NCBI RefSeq assembly: GCF_036321535.1
Contig: NC_087436.1
Location: forward strand, 52,578,001 to 52,642,000
Length of the DNA: 64,000 nt
Direction of reading: 5' to 3'
From: Camelus dromedarius
Taxonomy: Eukaryota
Both the position numbers and the translations under genes were made by a program. Below are positions 39,240 through 52,505 of the stretch, in pieces (position 1 is the first letter of the stretch; the number at the start of each line of letters is the position of its first letter). The notes beneath the pieces were generated by a model. The model made no database searches. It saw only the letters and a program-made list of their open reading frames with translations, and was not told the origin of the DNA.

Positions 39240-40200
39240 TTTAAGTAAATGAGCCAAGAATCCTTCACAAGAAGTTGGAAGATCAATAATATCAAAGAAA
39301 GAGAAGAGAAGATATTAACAAAACAGAGAACAAATACACAGTAGAGAGGGTCAACAAAGTCAAAAGTAATTGAAAAGACTTAAAAGTAATAGGTTGATGG
39401 AGAGAGAGGGAGAAACAACAAGTTTAGTCATTCATGGAAGAAGCTATCATTACAGATTTGACAGACAAAAACACTTTAATTTGTAATAAGTTCTTAAAAC
39501 ATTTTAATATTAAATTACTCAAGTCAGTAATTTAAAACTTTCTACCACAAAAACTCCAGGCAAGATTTTTCTACTGAGTTCTATTAAACATTAAGGGAGA
39601 ATAATTTTAATGTACACAAACTCTTCTAAAGAATTGAAGAAGTGTTTCAATTCTCAATTGATTCAACCAATTTTAAGAATTAGCAATCACCTAGATAGCA
39701 AATCCCAAAAATGTTGGTTAAAAAAACAAACAAACCAAAACCAAAACAAAAACCTAAAGTATTCGCAACTCAGAAACAGCAATATATGAAAAGAATTGTG
39801 AGAAAAGTGGGTTTATGTTAATTATAAATTTGGTTCAGTGTTGGAAGAGCAGTCAATGTAAGTTTGTTAAGACAAGTAACCAGCAAATATACAACTAGTT
39901 GAAGCAAATAAGAAAATTTATAAAATCTTGATAAATTCAAAAGATCAGAAAAGGATAGAGGAAAGGGAAAAGCATTGGAATAAAAGAAATCAAAAAATAA
40001 GATTGTGGAAATCATTTAAATATATCAGTAACCATTACATATACAAAAGCACTAACTTGCCAGATAAAACAGTTTCCCAGATTAGAAAAAAACTGGCCAA
40101 TCAAGACATAGTAGTACCAGAACATTATTTAAGTATATAGAATAAAAATAAGAACTGAAAATAAAAGCAAAAAAAGAGTCGCTGCCTCTGGACAGTTGTT
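39240..40200 (+). mobile_element. Very degraded old L1 fragments
   Basis: A-rich with L1 ORF2-like blocks: 'acagtagagagggtcaacaaagtcaaaag', 'aaaactccaggc' and 'acacaaactcttctaaagaattgaaga'. Confidence 0.65.
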
Positions 40201-40944
40201 CTAGAACTAAAGCACAGTGGATCAAGGAATTTCTTTCCAGCTTTCCTTCTAATTTAAAATGTGTTACTAAATGTTTAGAAATATCTACATGTCACTACTA
40301 ATATTTATCCATACTTAGGTCTCATCTTCCAAATATTCCAACTACTTTCTCATTTTAAAAGTTTCCTTAAAAGTTTTTTGTTTTCTTTTTAATGAGTTTG
40401 TGTTTTAGTACTTCTGTATTGCCTCATAACTATGGAAACAAATTCTGTGCCAGGGAGTTTTAGAAGAAGTAAAGTTAGATTCTGGCATTCAGCATTTTTG
40501 GAAATGAAATTGCCTATAATGGATTGTTGTTATAAAAATAAGTTTTCCTCATTTGCTGACCAGGATCACAGCATGTCAAAGACACTCGGAGATTCTCTGA
40601 TGATTTTGGAGACTCAAGCAAAAACAAAAGTTAGTGTCTCATTTTAAGTGAGCCCAATGATAATCACTGAAGCCTCACATGTAAGTGAGTAACTGTAAAT
40701 CAATTGGTTTATTTAAGTGTACTGTAAGAAACTTCCCAAGAAATAGGATATAAATGCAGAATGTGAGCAGAGCAGAGATTATGTATAACCTTACCAGCAA
40801 TTTTTCCTCAATTGTGGGGAATTGGTGTATATGTGTCAGAGGGACCTGAGAAAGAAACTTTTTATATTCTCTTTATTTTAAAAAAAGTGTAATATTTCTA
40901 TCAATATAAAAGACATTATAGATGAAGCAAGACACATTTTAAAC

Positions 40945-41180
40945 AATAATAAATAGCACACTTATACAGTGCTTGCCATATGCCATTTCCTCTAAGTGAT
41001 TTTTATACATAATTTATTAAATCTTCACAACCTATGAGAAAACTGCTAAAATCATGCCCATTTCATAAATGAGCAAACTGAGAGGAGAGGTTAATACCTT
41101 TTCCAAATTCACCTAGAATTTGAAGCTAGATACGAACACAGGCATATGGCTGCACAGTGTGTGTTCTTAACCAGCATGAT
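40945..41180 (-). mobile_element. MIR SINE
   Basis: 'aatcttcacaacctatgag...cccatttcataaatgagcaaactgag...gttcttaacca'. Confidence 0.75.
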
Positions 41181-42164
41181 ATAAAGATAACACATAAACA
41201 TTGAGAAAAGTTAGAAAAGTAAAGGAAAATGTCACTTTCCATCTTTTCTATATTCAAGATTTTGTATCTTGATTATTACAGTGCATATTATGTACCTGGG
41301 TTTCATCAGTCAACATATTATAACTGTTTTTCAATGTTTTTGTACAATCATTATAATTCACTTTATGTCTTCATATTATTCAATCCTATGGATGAAATAA
41401 TTTGCTCTATTATTGAACATTGGGTTGCATCCAATATTTTCCTATTGTATGTGTATATAAACCTACCTTCAGCATCTTTATAAATGGGGCTTTTATCATA
41501 TTTCTAATTATTTCCTTAGGAAATATATACAGATGTAAAATTATTGAGTAATTAAGAGTAAGTTTTATAATCTACTTAAAAAAAAACAAACTAAAGAGTT
41601 TCTAATTTTTTTCCAAGCATTGTGTGTTACTACGTTGTTAGTCTTTAAAACCAGTAATAAACTAAATCCCACCTTTTTAGCTCTCCTTTGCAGTAGATGA
41701 CTGTCAATTACCCAACAGCTCTACCTGGAGCTAACAGGTTAGAAGCTCCAATTCATACCCTTATTAAAATCACTAATTTTACTTTTTTGAATCTGGCAAT
41801 AATGTTATCAAGTCACTTGTTTTGGCACATAGACTTTTATACAGAAGAATACAATTTCTGCCAGCATAACAGAGTCCTTTTGTTTTGCCAAGGAAGACTG
41901 TAACTGATGATTTTTATTGTCTCAAGTTGATTCTGTGGAGAGATTTCCTACCCACAGCTGGATCATGCAAAGCCACCATGGAACTGTACCCATTTTAATT
42001 ATATTTGCTCTGCCCTAAAACTTGAGAAGCTAAAGCTCCAGAAAGCTAGGCATTTTAACTACTTTTTTTTTTTTAATATACTGAATCACTGAACCAACAC
42101 ATACTCACATAATAAATAACTTTTTGCTCTGGGTCTGATATTTTGTGAAATTACAGAGGAGACA

Positions 42165-42330
42165 ATTTTAGAACTGGAAAAGAACTTAAAAATGTTCATT
42201 TTGTCCAACTCCTTATTTTATAGATGAAGAAAATGAGGCCCAGTAAGTTTAAGATAGCTTTTTCAGACTAACAGAGAATTAATGGCAAAGTTAGACTAGA
42301 ACTGAGTCTCCTCACTCCTATGACCTCTGA
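42165..42330 (-). mobile_element. MIR SINE
   Basis: 'gtccaactccttattttatagatgaagaaaatgaggcccag...gactagaac'. Confidence 0.7.
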
Positions 42331-42794
42331 GTCTACTTTTAAAATTTGAGAAATGGTACCAATAAAGTCCAGAAAGATTGAATCCAGAAAAAGGAATGGC
42401 ATTTAATCATGGGAATCAGGCCCCACTGATACCAAGAATATATGATATTAAACAAAAATTTCAGTGAAGGGGAAAAGGTAGGTTAATAAGCTTGTTAATG
42501 TGTCTTGGTCAACACATGGCCAAGATCGTATGGCCATGATGTTAATTTACATCACAGAATTTAGGGTCAGGATGGATGACCTAATGTACAGTGAGTGACA
42601 AGTGGTCTTTCTCAAATATGTAAGATAGAGCCTATGCCTAAACTATTTTTAGGTAATTGTTTTCTCCTCAAAGGAATAATTCATTAATGTAGGAATAGGC
42701 TGGATCTAAGTTTTTAGTTACTAAAAGTTGGACAATAATATCAGAGGTGAAGACCCGTCTAAAAGTTTAGGGAGGCTGTACCATCACTGTAATA

Positions 42795-43575
42795 CAGTGC
42801 TACTGAGTGTAGCCCATGGACCAACAGAATCAGCTTCACCTGGGAGCTTATTAAAACCACACAAATCAGCCCCACCTAGACCTATCTGCAAGTACAGCCT
42901 GAGAATTTATATTTTAACAAGCTCTCCAGGTGAATCCCATGCATGCTAAAGCTAAAGAAGCATTGTTCTAATAACGTTATTCTCAACCTTTTTTGCACAT
43001 TGGGATCACATGAGGAGCCTTTAAAACTACTTATGCCTGAGTCTCATCCCAGATTCATATTTAATGTAGCCTGGATATTACCACAGTTGGGAATCAATAC
43101 TCCAACAATTCATTTGGAGCATTTGTGTTGGTTCCTTTTTATATAATTATTGAAAATAGACCTCAGCTTACCCACCTCCCCCAAGGTTTAGAACAGGGGT
43201 CTGCAAAGTAAATTGATACAATATGACCATTGGAATATAGGCACAAAATATTAGAACCTCCATTTTCATTTATTTCAAATTTCAATGCTTTAACATCTAT
43301 GTTTGCCTATATTTGTTATCTCCATAAGAGTTTTAATATAGTAACACATGGAAAATTTATAAATATCATTAAAAATAGAGGATGCATACTAGATAGCTTT
43401 AATTATCGGAATTCATGATATAGAATAATGGTTTTCAAACTTGAGTGTGCATGAAAATTAAAATACAGATAAATTCAATTATCCTGAGTTTGGGTCCAGG
43501 GATCTATAGTACAAGATATACCCCAGACGGTTCTTATATAAATGCTCCATAGACTACTCTTTAAGAAACACTCGT
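42795..43575. mobile_element. Cluster of hAT-Charlie MER5A/MER5B-like MITEs (~42795-42966, ~42973-43075, ~43428-43573)
   Basis: 'cagtgctact...ggaccaacagaatcagc..cacctgggagcttatta...ttttaacaagctctccaggtga', 'ttctcaacc...gcacatt...atcac' and 'tggttttcaaacttgagtgtgcat'. Confidence 0.75.
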
Positions 43576-44039
43576 TTAGAACCAGGCTTCGTTTCAGGTA
43601 GAGCAAAAGTGGAGAGAGTGATTCGGAAGGGCAGAACACTCATTCAGGACCTCAAAGGGTAATAGTACCTCAATGAGATAATCATGTGTAAAGGCATGAA
43701 TGTCAGCTTTGAAGGATATGAGCACTCTCAGAGGGAATAGCTTCCTGGGGCCAACCATGGTTCCAAAGGTAGCTGTGTACCAAGACTATCATTGAACAGA
43801 TTTACAATGAGAAAAATAACTTTTAGGTAGACTATAGGGTCTCCTATTGGTTGCCAACATATTATAGTCCTGCAGAAAACCAATAAAATGAAAAATTATA
43901 ACGAAACATTTGCTTCTTTAGCCTAGAATCAGAGTAAGGAGAAATGATTATAATGTCAAGTTTTAATAGTTGTTGCCTTCAAAATATGATTGGCGATATG
44001 CCACCAAGAAGGGCAGAAAAATTAGACCAAATATAAATA

Positions 44040-44710
44040 TAAATGATACAAACACAGCAGTTAAAAGATAGAGATTGTCAAATTGTACATACTATGCATA
44101 CAACTATATGCTTCCTACAAGAAATCCACTTACAAATAAGAAAGAAATGTAGTAAGGTGTACATGTTAGTAGTAATCAAAAGATTGATGGTATTAGATGG
44201 TATTAGAACACTAGGTTTCTATACAAAAAAAAAATGAACCTGTATCTTCATCTTACACCATATGTGTGTAACTCAAAATGGATCATAGATGTAAACATAA
44301 TGGATCAAATTTTTAAACTTTAAAAATAAAATACAGAAAACAAATCTTTGTGACTTTGAAGTAGGAAAAGATTTATTTGATAGAAGGAATTATTTTTTAA
44401 ATAACTAATATCATTAAATTAAATATTTTTACTCTTCAAGAAACATTGTTAAGAAGATGAAAAGATGAACCACAGACTTGGAGAAAGTATTTGCAAAACC
44501 TATATTTGATAAAGAACTTATATTCTGAATATATAAATAATACTTAAAAGTCAATAATTGAAAGGCATACAAGCCAATTTTTAAAAGAGAAGAAGATTTA
44601 AAAGGAAATTTCACCAAATAAATGCCTTATAAGATGCTTAGCATCACTAGTTATTAGGGAAATGTGAATGAGAACCACAGCCTGATATCACTACACACCC
44701 AGTACAAGAG
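44040..44710 (+). mobile_element. Old L1 fragments (ORF2 endonuclease start joined to the ORF2 3' region)
   Basis: TICFLQEIHL (44104-44133) matches the L1 endonuclease 'ICCLQETHL' motif; downstream 'cacagacttggagaaagtatttgcaaa' and 'catcactagttattagggaaatg'. Confidence 0.85.
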
Positions 44711-44769
44711 CCAGAATTTAATTTCAGCCATCCTGAGTAGGAAGTCATATTCTATGATTTTACATTTAG

Positions 44770-44930
44770 TCCTTGTAACCATTCTAAGAGATAGGTATTA
44801 CTACCCCACTTTGTAGATAAGAAAACTGAGGGTTAGAGAGATTCAATTTCCCAAATTCAGACACCTAGTAAATGGCAAAGCAGTGGCCTGGGTCTATATG
44901 ATGCCAAATTTCATGCTCATAATTATCATT
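44770..44930 (-). mobile_element. MIR SINE
   Basis: 'aggtattactaccccactttgtagataagaaaactgaggg...ctagtaaatggcaaagc'. Confidence 0.75.
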
Positions 44931-47407
44931 CAAGGCAAGAAAAGAACATAACAAAGATGAATTGCTATAGGTTTTTTCCATATACCATGCACCATGACAT
45001 TGGGGCAGCCAGAACAGTATATGTGTTCTCAACTTATCTAATTAAAAAGAAAATTTTGAAACCACATGACACATACAAAACCCCTAGGATTCACTGATAC
45101 AAATCACTGCTGTTACTGGTCATATATTCATATTCACTAGGCTTTAAAAGTCATTTAAATTGCATCAGTAAGGATACAGATTGAGAAAATAATTGCAATA
45201 GAAGTAAAAACAAATCAGGAAAATAGATTATTTTGTTTTAAGCAAGAATCTCATATATGCAAACAAACACACACATAATCATCTGAGATGTTGTATGTGG
45301 ATTGTGACATGAAAAAATTGGAAAAACAGGATTTTCAGGGAGAAGAGAACCACAGTGTGTATATTAATCTAGGACACCTGACTGGGTTAGTTTATTGCTA
45401 TATTCTGAGCAGCATAATGATTTGAATGTCATTGTTATACAAAGGAAAATGCTTTAAGTTTAGCTGTACTGTGGCCATTATGCAAATATGATGCCTCTAT
45501 GTCTAGCCTAGTCTCGTTTGGAAAATTAGATATGCTCAGCCATGTGTCAGAAGCTCACTCAATCTACAGCAAATACAAACCCAGAATAACTGAGAGAGGA
45601 AAGTTAGCAAAAAATCTAATGTCTCAGGCTGAGAAAGTAAAATGGCCAACGTAGAAATACATTTTCTTCAAGTGAATGGCAAAACTGAAGATAATTACAA
45701 GCGAAAGACACTGCTAAACTTAACAGGATACAATACATGGGTTTATATGTGGACATCTCTACCTAAAGAAACCAACCCATTATGTTCCAAAAGCAAAGAG
45801 CTTTTGCTCTTTCACATTTAGGATATTATTACCTTCTACTAGAAATTCCTTATTTCAGGTTGTAAAAGAATCTGCACATGCCATAGTCACTCACCTTTGA
45901 TTTACTCAATAAAGTATCACATTTCATGCATACTCAAATAATAAGAGCTTCTGTCATTTCCTGAGCACCTAGCATGTTCCAGACATTGTTCTAAATGCTG
46001 TGGTAATTCCACCCTAGTTTTAACAGGGCTTCTAATTAAGGAATCAGTAACAACATCAACAGCCATTTGCTGAGAGGTTATTGCAGCAGCCACTGTATAC
46101 ACACTATCTAATTTAATATCGACAGCAATCCTATGAGGTAGGAATTGTGTTCTGCATTTTACACATGAAGTTCAGATATTTGACCAAAAGCACAAAGCTA
46201 GTAAGTGATAGAACAGGTTTGTAAAGCCCACTTTACCAGACACCAAAACCTATATTTGTCCATTATACTATTGCACTACCGTTCCTAGTGGGTACTAAAT
46301 ACGTAGTAATAAAGATTTGAACAAACATCTGTTGAGTAAAAGATGCCAAAAGCTCCAGTCACAAAATGTTATACGTTCTGTGAAAGATGCAATGTGGATT
46401 TCTGTAGGCCTTTGATTCTTGGCTTGATGTGTGCAAACAAGAATTTAAGAGGCAAACGAATTCTGTCTGCTATTTCTTAGCACGTTTTATTCTGTTTTTG
46501 GCATAGAATAATCTCTTTACCTCTTTGTCTTACTTTCTCTTTAGTAAACTGTTAACTCCCTTGTCTAGACCCCCGGCACACCTTTCCTAGACAGCAATAA
46601 CCTCCTTCTCGCCAGTCTACTAACACCATGGCCAAAGCTCTTTTCCAGGCATGCTACCCTCACGGTGTACTTTAATAAGAAACCCTGAAGGCTTCCCATA
46701 GCTCTACTAATTACGTAAATGGGGCTGATCGCCTCAGGAGCTCACTCCATCCTACCTGTCTGTTTCCTCTGCTCTTATAATCCAGCTGTGCTATGTATTC
46801 TGTATTATGGAAGGTGGAACTCAGCCCCTATCCTAGACAAGTTTGCTCCCTTAATGTCCTCTTCATCCTGAAGGCTCGTGCAAACCGCTCCCAGTCATAT
46901 TTGCAGCGTGGGTTGCCAAAGAAATGCAAGGTTGCCAAAGGGCTTTCTTGCCTTTTATGAAGTCCTTAAGACAGATCTACCTCACTGTTTACTCGAGGGA
47001 ATCCCTCTTTACAATATTATTGAAGTTGGCAATCAGATAGAAGCTGAGAGGCCATTCCAAATGGATTTGCTAAATCAGCTCTTATTCTGAGGCAGACAAG
47101 TGACGCTGCATTCCAGCAAGAGGAGCGTTCCAGGTAAAACAGATGCTGGCCTTTGCTTTGCCCTACTCACTCTATTATCAGCATTCTTCGTTGTTTTCAA
47201 ATCTGTACTTCAAAGAGAATGCGTTCCAGTTGAGGGTTGGGAGATGGTGCTCCTCTGAGCCAGGCAATGGCTTTTTTCTATATACAGCCACTCTTCAGTC
47301 AAACTGCACTGGGTTAGTTAATTTATTCTACATGACTGCCAATGTGACAGCCAGGCAAGCAATCTCAGCTACACCCAGCAGTTCACCATTGGAATCACAT
47401 CACGATA

Positions 47408-47738
47408 TGTGTTAGGACACTTCCCGTGTCTCTTGTGGTCTTTTTTTCTGGGATTGCAATCTGTGAAGCCACTATAAAGCCAGAACTGCCCATGTCCATA
47501 TTTGTCACTTTGTGGAGAGGACTTCCCTCAAAAGGAAGGCAATACGAAGAAGGGCCAAGAGGAGAGAGTCCTGCCAATATCATGTGAGTTCTTGGATTCA
47601 AGCATACCTGAAGACAGAATTATTATCCCTTGGACCTTCTAGTGATGCAAGCTAATAAATTCCTATGCTTTTTAGCTTAGGGAAGATTGGCTGGAATATT
47701 TTTGTCATTTGCAAATGCATGAGCTCTAAATAATAAAC
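47408..47738 (+). mobile_element. Old MaLR LTR (MLT1K/L-like)
   Basis: 'cttggattcaagcatacctgaag...gctaataaattcc...ttttgtcatttgcaa'. Confidence 0.75.
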
Positions 47739-47771
47739 AGTGTGTAGCTGAGAGGAAAGATGACTGCATGA

Positions 47772-50700
47772 GGTGTATTTCCCAATAGGAAACAGATGGC
47801 ACTCTCAAATTGGAAAAATTTTATAGGATTTTTAAAAATTAATGTTCTGTTTACAAAAGTATAAGTAGGGTAGATTGGAACCACAGGGTTGTGTGTTAAC
47901 TTGGAGTGGGGTAGAACAGTGATATAATCACCTGTAGGCCTAAAAGGACAAGGGAGGGGTTAATTACCACACCATGAAAGGGGAGGCATGTAGAAAAAGT
48001 TACCTTGATGTTGAGTCAAGAGACATAGCTAGTTTAAAGTGAACTCACAAAAAAAGAGCTGTGGGAATCAGCACACTGACCTCCCTCTAGTTCTGATCTT
48101 CCTGGGAGCCTTACTGGCCCTATTCAGAGAAAGAAGCCTATTGTAGCCACACAAATCAGTCTCCTAGGGCAGAGGGAAACTCAGAAGGGAGAAGGCTGAT
48201 TTACAATTTCAAATGAAAGATACTCAGCACAGTCTACCTGCTTTGCCCCTCAGAATTCACTCTTGTCCTTCATCTAGTTGAAAAATACATGTTCTCATCT
48301 CAGGAGGTACATGAAGTCCCATCAGCTGTTATCAGGAGTGATAATAATTCCATCATACTGTCACCTGTCTTTCAAGGTCACCACTGAGTGTGATTGTTGT
48401 GCAGAGTCTGTCCTTCTTCAGCTTGTGCCAGCTAACATGGAGACCTATTCATAAGTCAGGCCCATGCTTCTGCTTCCACAATTAACTAGTCATTTTGAAC
48501 TCTCCATGAAGTCATAGGTGTGAATGAGGGAAAGATGGCAAAGCAGTAGAAGCAGGTACAATATTGAGTCTGAGCCATTGGCTTCTACAGTTGACTGAAT
48601 ATGCTCAGGACTGGGCTTATATATATTACTTCAAGTTTACAGTATGTTATTATTGTTTGTGGCCAATGTTAATTTCTGTGGAAGAAATAATACTTCATAT
48701 ATAATGGGAAGTTCAGATTGCATAGTCATTTTATTTCCCATGGTCAAGTGTGCAGTGTCTGGTAGCAAGCCAGGAGCTACTTTTCAAATGGAAAATAGTT
48801 GTCAGTAAAGAAGGACATGGCCTTATTCCAGATCCCTGGGTATCTGTGCTGTTGATTTTCCTACTGAATTTGCCAGCAACTCAAAAATCATCTCTATCTG
48901 CCATAAACATGTCCTTTATATATAGGGTCCTATATCATGAGGCTCAGATAGCAGAGCAGCCTGCATTGCAATCTAGACTTGCCCCAGAGCCCATTCTTCC
49001 TATAGGTCCCACTCAAAACTTGTAACCTTCTAAATTACCAATAAATGGGTGATAGGATCATACTCAAATACATGCATTGCCTATCATGGAAATGCTAATA
49101 TATGCATGCAAATCCTAACTGGTCCTAGGTATATACCTTTTTCTAAGTGGTGAGTTTTATGTAAGATTTAGCAACTTTACTTCAGAAAGAGGTCATGTTA
49201 TACCTCCTGGACCACTTAGATTTCAGACCCTGAAATTTTATAGTTTTATTCCTTTCCTCTAGAATGCATATGTCTTATTAAGATATCTAGAGTGCTTGCT
49301 ACTTTCGACTTACCAGACCCAGTTAACAATATCATCTTTATGTAGTAAACGAGAGAGATGTTCAGTGAAATAACAAGAAGATCAAGGTTCATCTAGACTA
49401 TATTATAACATAGAGTAGGGGAGTTGACATAGCCCTTGGGCTAAATAGTAACTGTATACTGTAGTCCCTGCCATGTAAATGCAAATTGCTCATGACTTTC
49501 CACACTGATTGAAATGGAATAATACAACTGCAAGTATAATCACCACATGATTAAGTTTGCTATAGTTTATTATTATTCTCCATGATACATCTGGCTTTTG
49601 TATCAGCCAAATAAGCATGTTAAATAGTACGTGGTAAGTGTAATCACCACATTGTTTCTAAAAATATTGAGACAGACACTAATCTATATAATATGCCCAG
49701 AAATGAGACATTGCTTTTGTTCATCATCTTACTGTTGGGAGTAGGAGGTTGAAGCCATTTCAGGGATCTCTACTTGGTCTTTTCTGCCATAACATCCACC
49801 ACTTCATAGATCAAGGTGCCAATATGGAAACTTTGTCTCTTCCTAAAGACTTTAATTCCTCTAAACTTTCTGGATAAGGAATTAATTGTAGTATTTATCC
49901 CCAGTCTTCCTAGAACTGCTATTAAATTTGAGCCCAGATTTTATCTATTACCTGGTTTCTGTGAGCCCCTGCTCATTAGGACACAGCTATTTTGAGTCTT
50001 AGGGGATTTGCTTCAGTTCGTAGACAATGTCTAGCAACTCCCAGAAAGTCTGGGCATTTATCATTTGCTCAGTGAACAGTCACCGTAATAAATGGTTCCA
50101 GAGCTCCCAGGGAAGTCTTGGGAAAAGATTTACAGGATTGATAGTCCATATTATAATGTCTTCCCTCAAAGGGACATACACTACCCCTCAGTTAAGAGAC
50201 TTTGAGAATCTGAATCAATTTAGATTTACAGAATGGATAGGAGGCATGAAGTTCACTTCAGAGATTCAAGTTAGGTTTCTGTATTGTGGACCAAAAAATA
50301 TTTCCACTTATATATGTCAAACAGTCCATTAGGAGGCTACCATCTATTTTATTACTAGGGACTCCCTCATTAATTAAGCATTGTCACAGACCCCTTAGAT
50401 CCAAATTCTATGATGATCATTCTAATCCTATGGCTATTTTAGTAATAGCAGCCACCTCTTCTCTGACAGTTAATTGCCACTAAATGTCCTCCACAAATCT
50501 AAGATTTCCACTATTCACGTTGAGATCAGTGAACCCATTACATTGCATCATCTCCTCCATTATCTCTTTCCTTAAAGGAGCCATCACAAAATTTTTCAAG
50601 CATACTGCTGTGCCTCACACCAATGCATTTCTTAATTCTTTGGTGAATGGGGAGTCCCCTGGGTCCTCCCAAAGGGTATGACTAAAAAGGCATCATCCGA

Positions 50701-51760
50701 TACAAGATTGATCAAGTCTTCTTTCCTCTTCTTTATGCTCTTTCCTCATGGAGTCAGGTCTTGAATTTCTCAAACTGGGCTGTGTTGGAAAATAACTTTC
50801 AGTATAGGTCTAGAAGGAGTAAGAGTTGGTGAAGTTGTGTCCTGAGGAAAATCAGCACCAGGTTAATGAGGCAACTACCTTAGGTTCAATCATTTAGAAG
50901 CTTTTATGCAGAAGAAGACTAATGAGAGGGAAGGTATGGAGCAGAGACTACCTCCCCAGCAAGAGAATTTCAAGAGAATTTGGAGGATTAAAGTTCTCAG
51001 CCCAATGTCTGCTCAAATGTCCCAATCCCCTGCCTCAGGGTACAACTACTTTTCTACTAGGTTCCTTAGATGAGAGACCTGACAGACTTGAGAATTTGTC
51101 TGGTCCTGCAATCTTCCACCTCTTACAATCACATCCTGGGCTTGGGCCTTAGCCAAATAGGCCTTACAATAGCTTCCATAGAGGCTTTCTCGTTCTCCAC
51201 ATGTGTTATATAAGTTTGTATCTCTTAATTTCTTTTTTCCCTAAGTAAGCCCTTGAGGGGAAGAAGCAGCCAGCTTATTCCACATGCTTTCTAATCTCTG
51301 TTGTTAGCATAGTGATCTCCTACTGCTGTGCCTTCTATCTGCACATCATTCTACCACCATTAGTGATAATTTGGGTAATAGAAATACCACTGTACAGATG
51401 TCCCACCTTCCCCTGGCAAGATGATTATCCTTGTGCTTATGAGAAACTCAATATCAGAATCCCATTTGGAAGGACTATTTCCTACAGCCACTTCCAATAC
51501 TAATAAATACTAAATATAATACTAATTATTGCATCACTCAGGTTCACAACAGGAGAGAGATAGCATATGCATAGTAGAATAATTCAAAGGAGGCTTGTTA
51601 CAAAAGGACAATTTACTAAGATGAGATTTAGGAAGAACCACAAGTGATAACGTATTATTCCAGACTCTTTGTTACCACCCCTAGTCCAAAGGCGGCAATG
51701 AGGGGAGGAAGCAGTTAGCAGAATCCAGAGGTTGAAAGACATGTGTAGAAGGTCACCTTG
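47772..51760 (-). mobile_element. Decayed ERV-L provirus with LTR33-like LTRs (3' LTR ~47772-48231; partial 5' LTR ~51530-51760)
   Basis: Minus-strand motifs: gag WEDPGDSPFTKELRNALV (~50615-50670), protease QTFWELLDIV-ELKQIP (~49995-50055), RT QFAFTWQGLQ-YTVTI*PKGYVNSP (~49417-49490) and SFEWDL*EEWALGQV*IAMQAA (~48956-49021). Both LTRs share similar 'caggaa/gacagatggca' and 'tttacaaa' blocks. Confidence 0.88.
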
Positions 51761-51789
51761 AGCATTATAGAAAAAGGGGACAAAAAATA

Positions 51790-52505
51790 CAGAGACCCTT
51801 AGACTACAGTGTGCCTGGCATTGTGGAGGAAGAGCAAGTCGCAGTACCTGGAACAGAGTAAGAAAAAGACTAGAAAATGAGGACAGAGAGGTAGGAAGGT
51901 TGTACATATTGTAGGATTTTGTAGATCATTTTAAAGGTTTTGTTTTAATGTCCATATGTTGGGGAGATTCTGGAAGGTTTGATTCTGATTTACATTTTAA
52001 AAGGATCACACAGGAAACTCCATGGTGACAAGAGACATGGAGACCGGTCAGAATATTAGTACAGTAATTCAGCTGAAAGGCAATGTTGGCTTGGACTGGC
52101 TCAGCAGTGGCGGTAGCACAAAGTGGTCAGATTCTGGAAATATTTTTTAAAGTAAATCTGATAGGAATTGCTGAGGAGTTGAATACAGGTTGTGAAATAA
52201 GAAGGAATAAAGAATAACCTCAAATTTTTGGACAGACTTAAGAGTGAAGTTACCATTCACAGAGTTGGAGATGACTTTGAAACAGGTTTAGTAGGGAAAA
52301 AACAGGAATTCTGTCTGGACATGTTAGGCTTGAGATGCTTTTAGACACCAAGTGGAGGTGTGAAGTAGGTGATTGGAAATACAATCTGGAGCTCAGATAA
52401 AAGGTCTAGGCAGAGAAATAAATAAGGGAGTGCCAGCACAGGGGAGATATTTAAAGCCGTGATACTAGATGAGATCACCTGGGGACTGAATATCAATAAA
52501 GAAGG
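51790..52505 (-). mobile_element. LINE-2 fragment
   Basis: 'ctgatttacattttaaaaggatcac', 'tggacatgttaggcttgagatgc...gacaccaagtggaggtg' and 'atttaaagccgtga...gatgagatcacctggg'. Confidence 0.85.
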
